From contig JACPIK010000002.1 in assembly GCA_016188115.1 (NCBI GenBank), forward strand, positions 1,064,077 through 1,128,076: a stretch of DNA of 64,000 nucleotides. Reading direction: 5' to 3'. The notes beneath the pieces were generated by a model, which searched no databases, was not told the origin of the DNA, and was given only the letters and a program-made list of their open reading frames with translations. This DNA is from Candidatus Woesearchaeota archaeon (GTDB lineage Archaea; Nanobdellota; Nanobdellia; Woesearchaeales; GW2011-AR9). Made by a program: the position numbers and the translations under genes. Of the stretch, positions 57,752 through 64,000 are shown one piece after another; the stretch's first letter is position 1; every line of letters begins with the position of its first letter.

Positions 57752-58309
57752 TCATTCAATTTCGCAACCGGAAAGTAGCTCAATTTCTCTAATAAATTTT
57801 TGGTTAAATTCTCTAATCTTAATTTCAGGAAAATCTTTCAAATTTTCTCTTCTATCGTTAACAAATTTAATAAATTTCTTATCACAAGTAACAAAAAAAT
57901 CTCTTTTTTCTAAAATATGTTGCAAAAGTATCCGTAGATCTACATGGTTGTTTAGAATTTTTTTCTTATTCTCTGTCTTTTTCCCCAGAATTTTTCTTAA
58001 TCTCAAAAAAGAGGTATCAAATTCATGCTTAGTATAACTCATTTGTTTCCACTTTTCCGATTCTTTCTCTTTGTCTGTAGAATTAAGTCTTACTGAGCAA
58101 TTATAATCGGTAGTCAATACGTTCTCTTCTATCCAATCTCTTATATCTTTCCCATTCTCATCTTTTAATCGGTCAGTTTCAATCTTAGAGAAAAAATCTC
58201 GATGCATTTTAATGATATTATTTTGCCTAAATTCTGCTAAGTCTAAAAAGACCCTCTGCTCTTTTTCGAAAACTTCCCGATCTATGTTATCCAAAGATAT
58301 GGTTATCAT
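57752..58309 (-). CDS. PIN-like domain protein
   Basis: ISLDN at the N-terminus, HVDLRI and FFVTCDKKF acidic motifs; AT-rich. Confidence 0.55.
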   Translation of the reverse strand: MITISLDNIDREVFEKEQRVFLDLAEFRQNNIIKMHRDFFSKIETDRLKDENGKDIRDWIEENVLTTDYNCSVRLNSTDKEKESEKWKQMSYTKHEFDTSFLRLRKILGKKTENKKKILNNHVDLRILLQHILEKRDFFVTCDKKFIKFVNDRRENLKDFPEIKIREFNQKFIREIELLSGCEIE

Positions 58310-58340
58310 CTAAACTAAAGAAAAACCTGATTATAAAAAT

Positions 58341-60161
58341 CTACTTCCCATACTCCACGCTTCTATAAACAATAAAACACTCCCTCGAATCCTCGACCGT
58401 AACATACCGTCCTAACTGCCCTTTCAACACCTCAACAGAAATCTTCTCATCCAACTTAACATCATGATCAAGGGCAGTAAACTCCACCGCCCGTCCGAAA
58501 TGAGCATGAGGTCCCACGGACATCAATTCAATTTTTCGATCATTATCAGGATCCACAATCACTTTGCCTTTAATTCGATCCAAAAGAACAGAAAATTCCT
58601 GCCCATTCATACGACAAACAAACACAGCAGCTGGAATCAAATACGTCGTTACCTTCAAGATCGGCGCATTAGACATCAACTCAATATCGCGTAAAGACAA
58701 CTTCGGCATAATCAACGGCAACATCCCCTCATGAGATGCCACTTCTTCGATCACATCTTGATGGTATTCTTCCTCTTCATGCACTTGTGTAGTCTGTCCC
58801 AAAATATCCACAGCATGTCCACCATGCTTACTCTTACGCGGTCGAATTGTCACCACCAAAGGTCTATCAACTACACCACAAATCAGAGCCGTTCCTACAG
58901 GCAAATTTTGAATTTCATTCTCTGTCTCAGGTGTCACTCCCTCCAGCGAATTCACCACCGCGCGTAAATCATTAGGGTTGGTAATTTTCATAATAATCTG
59001 CGTTGAACACTGCGCTAAAATTGATTTTTGAACGAGAGACGGTCTCTGAGAAACAACACAAAGTCCCAGTCCAAACTTACGTCCTTCTGATGAAATTAAC
59101 CGAATCGTCTCCAAACTTTTCGCTTTCCCAAACCCTTTCTCAGGCGCAAAATTATGCGCTTCTTCAATCACACAAAAGAACGGTGGGATCTTTTCCTGCT
59201 TGCGTGCCAAAAATAAATCCTTCAACAATTTAGCTACAATCACATCTTGTACTTCAGGAGTAATTCCCTTCAAATTCAAAACAGAACATTTACCGGGACT
59301 AATCAACTCTGTCAGCGGCGTCGGTGCAGAAGAAAAAAGTCGCAAATCGCGTAAATACAACAACGTATCAATCAACGTCCACTTACTCGGGGAATTCAAC
59401 TGTTCTAAATGCAAGATAATGTTATCAAAATTAACCTCTTCTAAATCTTTAATAATCGAAAACAACATTGCTTCCTGCGTGTTAGACAGTTGCACGGGCA
59501 GCATCTTCATCAACTCATAACTACTCATCTTCTCACTTAACTTCAACGGCCGTACATCATTCTTTAACCGCGTATCTCCATATTCCTGAATATTCAAACT
59601 ATACCCCTTTGGTTCTACACCCCAACGTGCGAGTATTTCTCGGTTCTCATACGCCGGCTCTTTCATCGAACTATACTCACCATGGGGATCAATAACTAAT
59701 AATGGCACACGCTTATCCATAATCTCTTCCACTAAACACCCTACCGTGTAACTCTTTCCCGCACCAGATTTTGCTAATACTGCTAAATGCCGAGTCAACA
59801 CTTTCTGCAAATCCATATGGACCGCAATATCTTTCCCTTCAAGTTTCCCTACATATGCCCCATGACCGCCAATATCAATAATTTGCGTAATAAACTCATC
59901 ATCTGCCTCAAGAATTTCTGTACCTGGCACAAACGGTGTGCGAATCCCTTTCACTCGTCCATCCTCATCTTTATACCCAACAATTAAACAACTTGCCATC
60001 GTTTCATTCTCTGTTCTCTCCAGCTCACGAATCTGACCAAGAACAAACCCATATTCAACATGATGGATTTGAATAAATTGAAATTTGCGGGCAGCAGGAC
60101 TTGTTACTGTAAAACGAAAATCCGTCGTACTTACCTTACCCACAATACGTCCTAGAATCAT
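58341..60161 (-). CDS. HerA-family ATPase/helicase (HAS barrel + DUF87)
   Basis: AKSGAGKS, IDPHGEY, EEAHNFAP, EGRKFG, SQRP. Confidence 0.92.
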   Translation of the reverse strand: MILGRIVGKVSTTDFRFTVTSPAARKFQFIQIHHVEYGFVLGQIRELERTENETMASCLIVGYKDEDGRVKGIRTPFVPGTEILEADDEFITQIIDIGGHGAYVGKLEGKDIAVHMDLQKVLTRHLAVLAKSGAGKSYTVGCLVEEIMDKRVPLLVIDPHGEYSSMKEPAYENREILARWGVEPKGYSLNIQEYGDTRLKNDVRPLKLSEKMSSYELMKMLPVQLSNTQEAMLFSIIKDLEEVNFDNIILHLEQLNSPSKWTLIDTLLYLRDLRLFSSAPTPLTELISPGKCSVLNLKGITPEVQDVIVAKLLKDLFLARKQEKIPPFFCVIEEAHNFAPEKGFGKAKSLETIRLISSEGRKFGLGLCVVSQRPSLVQKSILAQCSTQIIMKITNPNDLRAVVNSLEGVTPETENEIQNLPVGTALICGVVDRPLVVTIRPRKSKHGGHAVDILGQTTQVHEEEEYHQDVIEEVASHEGMLPLIMPKLSLRDIELMSNAPILKVTTYLIPAAVFVCRMNGQEFSVLLDRIKGKVIVDPDNDRKIELMSVGPHAHFGRAVEFTALDHDVKLDEKISVEVLKGQLGRYVTVEDSRECFIVYRSVEYGK

Positions 60162-60393
60162 AAGAATTTTACAGAGAAGGTGGTTTATTAAGATTTAGAT
60201 TGTAAACGAATATAGATATTCCCTGCAATCACTTATTCTCCAGAGTACGTAACATTATAACCTCTTTTTTCTTCTATCACGCAATGGTTAATCGCTTTGA
60301 GATCATGTCTAGAGTAGAAGACACTCGAGCCAGAGTCCGCAACCTCTTCATTGCAAGACTTTTCAGTTGTACAGTCTTTTCGGACAGCTCAGA

Positions 60394-60580
60394 TGGTTAC
60401 AAATTGTAACCAACTGGCCCAAAGCGTTTCATTCTGTAACGGTTTCTAGTGTACGATTTTAGCGTACAGTTATTTTTTTGAACTGGTTACAAATTGTAAC
60501 CAACGAGTTTTGTTCCAAAGCGTGACAATTCATCATAGGTTAATCTAATTCTCTTTTCAGTTGACTACAATTTGTAGTCA
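60394..60580. repeat. Cluster of 19-bp palindromes
   Basis: TGGTTACAAATTGTAACCA at 60394-60412 and 60484-60502; TGACTACAATTTGTAGTCA at 60562-60580; degenerate copies near 60425 and 60521. Confidence 0.8.
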
Positions 60581-60647
60581 TCCCCCCACTGGTCACACTG
60601 GTCAACTCCGCAATTCCTTTAAATATCCCCCAAACAGAAACCAATCC

Positions 60648-62366
60648 ATGTTCGACGATCTCTACCTCTATATCAAAGAGCAAAAGCTCTCCCCATTTAC
60701 CCAAGAATCAACCACTAAATCATCCACAAACCCTATTTTCAAAACAAGGGAAGCCAAGAACATCCATCAACGTGTTCTCTCTCACCTTGCCCAAAAATTT
60801 CAATTCAACACCACCTCCCAACTACTTGATCTGTTCAACACCCTCCCCAACAACCTAGAACAACGACAAGCATTTTTCAAACAGCTTCAAGACCAACCAT
60901 TCCTCTCCCTCCCTCAACTTTCATTTTCTCCAACTACTTGGAAACCCTCTTATTCTCTTATTATTGCAACGGAAGATGAAAATCTCTACCTCTCCTATCT
61001 TAAACAAAAATTCCCCGTAACCCTCCTAAGAACCCCTCATGATCTCGCTGATATTAAAGAGTACGACTTAGTCTACGCCACCAACTGTGAACGCTACGAA
61101 TCCATGCTTGAAGAATGTCCCAACGTACTCTTTGTCGATGAAGAAGAAGTCTATCTCGAACGCTATCTTGTAATGCTTGCAAGTTATTCTACCATCATCA
61201 CCACACTCAAAAACTACAATTCTCCTACCCCTCTTGCGTTCATCACTCCTCTCTCTGAATTTTTAGATCTGCTCACATCTCCCTCTAAAAAGAAACTCAC
61301 CCGAGATGACATTCTTCAAAAATTGGAAGAAATTAACAGGGGGGTCTCGTCGTCTTTAGCGACCATGACCGTGCGGGGAGACGCACTCTACACCCTTTTT
61401 TCGACCGAAAAACTCCCTAAAGATATTCTGGAAATTGTTGCCAAGAACATCACTCAAAGTGGTCTCCCCGCCACCCTTTTTACCCAAACCATTCCCATCA
61501 AAGTTGATGATCAAGAACTTCAAACTTTTCTTACACACCAAACTACCTCCTCTACTATTCAATTTGCCAAAGCACTAAAGAAAAACGCTGCAACACTCAT
61601 GCAGATTCCTCATTATCTTACGCAACTTAATCAGTCTATTCTCATACTTGATTTTTGCGCAGGTATCTCTCACTATCTTCAACGTGAAAATCTTCGCTAT
61701 CCTCAACTCTCGCATTCATTAACTATCTCAGATGCACATAACCTCTTCTTAGAACAATCTCAACCAGTCACCTTCTACCTTAACCAACAAGAACGCTGCT
61801 CTATTCTCACCGGCGCAAACAGCGGAGGAAAAACAACTCTCTTAGAACTTGTCATCCAATCCATCACTCTAGCCTATCTTGGTCTCCCAGTTCAAGGCAA
61901 TATCACTACACCATTATTTCATAACATCTATTACTTCGCTAAGAACAAGGGCTCAACTAGCAAAGGCGCATTTGAAACCCTTCTCACAGACTTGGCAAAA
62001 ATCAAGTCCAACGAACCAACTCTGCTTTTAGCAGATGAAATGGAAGCCGTTACCGAACCAGGTGCTGCTGCCCAAATCATTCGCGCTACCTGTCAATTTT
62101 TCATCGACAGGAATTGCTTTATCATCATGGCTTCTCACTTAGGAAGAGACATCTCCACCAACCTTCCTACCCACACCAGGATTGATGGTATCGTTGCCAA
62201 AGGTTTAGATGAAAACATGAATCTCATCATTGACCATAACCCAGTGTTAGGCATTCTTGCTCACTCTACCCCAGAATTAATCGTAGAACGCCTTGCCACA
62301 ACAACCAAAACAGACTACTTCAAATATCTTAATCAACAATTCAAAACATCGTTTATCCATACATAA
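60648..62366 (+). CDS. MutS-family ATPase (archaeal, short; no mismatch-recognition or Smr domain evident)
   Basis: LTGANSGGKTT, GAFE, LADEMEAVTEPGAA, ASHL; TTTAAATA upstream. Confidence 0.85.
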   Translation: MFDDLYLYIKEQKLSPFTQESTTKSSTNPIFKTREAKNIHQRVLSHLAQKFQFNTTSQLLDLFNTLPNNLEQRQAFFKQLQDQPFLSLPQLSFSPTTWKPSYSLIIATEDENLYLSYLKQKFPVTLLRTPHDLADIKEYDLVYATNCERYESMLEECPNVLFVDEEEVYLERYLVMLASYSTIITTLKNYNSPTPLAFITPLSEFLDLLTSPSKKKLTRDDILQKLEEINRGVSSSLATMTVRGDALYTLFSTEKLPKDILEIVAKNITQSGLPATLFTQTIPIKVDDQELQTFLTHQTTSSTIQFAKALKKNAATLMQIPHYLTQLNQSILILDFCAGISHYLQRENLRYPQLSHSLTISDAHNLFLEQSQPVTFYLNQQERCSILTGANSGGKTTLLELVIQSITLAYLGLPVQGNITTPLFHNIYYFAKNKGSTSKGAFETLLTDLAKIKSNEPTLLLADEMEAVTEPGAAAQIIRATCQFFIDRNCFIIMASHLGRDISTNLPTHTRIDGIVAKGLDENMNLIIDHNPVLGILAHSTPELIVERLATTTKTDYFKYLNQQFKTSFIHT

Positions 62367-62685
62367 ACGCGCCGATCGCTACCAATCCATTAGCCAAAAT
62401 CCAAAGCACGTTAGAAATAATAATTGGTCTTTCTTTGTGAGCAACCCCATACAGTAACCAAAAGAAAGACAGAAATGTATACGTCGTCCATGTTACTGCT
62501 GAAAGACCCTCTGCACTCTTCTCCCCAAACACAAGCAATATCTGCGGCACGGTCATTACTGGACCAATAACCCCAACCACATAAATCATTTTATCCAAAA
62601 ATCGTTTGAATGGATCTGGGTGTGGTGTCGCATCAATACACTTTCGTTTTACGAAATGATGTAATCCCTGTGAACCATGAACCAT
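62353..62685 (-). CDS. SemiSWEET/PQ-loop transporter
   Basis: TVPQI, SAEGLS, WLLYG, PIIISN; three TM. Confidence 0.85.
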   Translation of the reverse strand: MVHGSQGLHHFVKRKCIDATPHPDPFKRFLDKMIYVVGVIGPVMTVPQILLVFGEKSAEGLSAVTWTTYTFLSFFWLLYGVAHKERPIIISNVLWILANGLVAIGAFMYG

Positions 62686-62813
62686 GTATCTAGGAAAGAA
62701 ATGGCGATATTTAACTCTTCCTTTTCTAATATCATCATCCACAAAGTTAAAAGACTTAGTTGGTTTACTATAAAAGTAAGCATCTTTAAGAAGATTCGGC
62801 TCTTTGTATCTTT

Positions 62814-63503
62814 ATGTCCCTTGAAATTCATAAAGCAAGTGATCGAGGATATACCAAAGAAGATTGGCTTACTTCATACCACAGCTTTAGCTTTAATGAA
62901 TATTACAACCCCCATAAAACAAGGTTTGGTAAACTTGTTGTTCTTAATGATGATACCATTGCTCCAAGCGAAGGCTTTCCTACTCATAGTCATCAAAATA
63001 TGGAAATTATCACCATAGTAACCAGAGGTGAACTCACACACCGAGATTCAACTGGGGGTAACGGAACAATAAATTCTGGAGAAGTGCAAGTTATGTCTGC
63101 AGGCAAAGGTGTAAAACACTCTGAATTTAACAACTCCTCAACCGACTTAGTCCATCTTTTTCAGATCTGGATCGAACCAAAAAATAACAATATCAAACCA
63201 CGTTACGATCAAACCACTTACTCTCTCCAACCAAATATACCTACATTACTTGCCTCGAATCATGGCGGGCTACATATAGAACAAGATGCAACCGTTTCAA
63301 TTCTTCATTTGGAACTTTCTAAGTCTTTAACATTTCATGTTCCTCAAGACCATGGTGCGTATGTTTTTCTCATCGAAGGCGAATTACAAATTTTAAATCA
63401 TCTTCTTCACAAGCGCGATGCCGCAGCTATAACTCATTTTCGTTCATATAGCATTAAATCAATTAAAGATAGCACTATTCTTATTTTTACAGTTCCCCTC
63501 TAA
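62814..63503 (+). CDS. Pirin family protein
   Basis: SYHSFSF, GFPTHSHQNMEI, HRDS, MSAGKGVKHSE, LFQIWI. Confidence 0.94.
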   Translation: MSLEIHKASDRGYTKEDWLTSYHSFSFNEYYNPHKTRFGKLVVLNDDTIAPSEGFPTHSHQNMEIITIVTRGELTHRDSTGGNGTINSGEVQVMSAGKGVKHSEFNNSSTDLVHLFQIWIEPKNNNIKPRYDQTTYSLQPNIPTLLASNHGGLHIEQDATVSILHLELSKSLTFHVPQDHGAYVFLIEGELQILNHLLHKRDAAAITHFRSYSIKSIKDSTILIFTVPL

Positions 63504-64000
63504 AATACAATCATAAACTCAATCGCCAACACCGACAGTGCAACGACCAACGAACCTGCAGTCACAAGAAAACCATATTTAACAAATTCTTTAAAAGAAA
63601 TAGTGCACCCATAATGTTTCAGTAGGGACATCCACATAATTCCTGCAAGTGCGCCAATCGGGGTCAAATTCGCGCCAAGATTTGAACCAATCACTGTAGC
63701 ATAACTTGCTGCAAGCAAATTAACATTCTGCAGCTGTCCTAACATAGGTACAAATGCAACCGTCATTGAGATATTATTAATCACATTTGCCACCAATGTT
63801 GATGCTACACCATACACAAAAATAACCAAAGACGGAATACCTAAACTAATCTTTGCTAACCATGTGCCAACTATGGCACTAATACCCTCTTTTTCCAACG
63901 CCTCAACTAAAATAAATAACGACAACAAAAAAGGAATGATAAGCCACGGAATTTTAACAATCAGAGCATGAAGAGACTGTATTTTTCCCCCACGCCAACG
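63500..64000 (-). CDS. ArsB/NhaD-family ion transporter, C-terminal part (continues beyond window)
   Basis: Frame is open to the window end; NVINNISM, GSNLGANLTPIGALAGIMW. Confidence 0.85.
   Translation of the reverse strand, partial: RWRGGKIQSLHALIVKIPWLIIPFLLSLFILVEALEKEGISAIVGTWLAKISLGIPSLVIFVYGVASTLVANVINNISMTVAFVPMLGQLQNVNLLAASYATVIGSNLGANLTPIGALAGIMWMSLLKHYGCTISFKEFVKYGFLVTAGSLVVALSVLAIEFMIVF

Noticed and set aside
60284-60409. 41-codon plus-strand ORF in the herA-mutS spacer
   Set aside because: No RBS or recognisable motif; ends inside a palindrome.
60394-60580. CRISPR array
   Set aside because: Only two identical 19-21-bp units, irregular spacing of 78-90 bp and no cas genes.

Overview
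Archaeal chromosomal segment, most likely from a DPANN (Woesearchaeota-like) organism. Archaeal markers are an HMf-type histone, aIF5A, L40e, Rpp21, RadA, RPA, SAMP/UbaA/TtuA and TATA boxes about 25-30 nt before many starts; the taxonomy is inferred, not proven. About 85 CDS are supported. I recognised no rRNA, tRNA, CRISPR array or intact transposase. Main blocks: tRNA-thiolation sulfur relay (1-2.9 kb), histone/aIF5A/L40e (4.4-5.2 kb), a folate-thymidylate cluster with an inserted tRNA-dependent cyclodipeptide synthase (6.5-12.4 kb), housekeeping and central carbon genes, radA with a putative ssDNA-binding gene behind a three-hairpin leader, and three tandem SET domains (33.8-35.3 kb). A surface island follows: a 12-gene type IV pilin-like run (38.4-44.9 kb) divergent from five tandem LamG-cassette/PEF-CTERM paralogs (45.0-50.8 kb). 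After it come a thiol-disulfide cluster and herA / mutS-like genes separated by a cluster of 19-bp palindromes. The most notable items are the archaeal CDPS, the variable-core LamG array with the pilin cluster, the SET trio, a Cys-free L40e, a beta-barrel-like secreted protein and three structured or palindromic intergenic elements. All calls come from motif recognition by eye; no searches were run.
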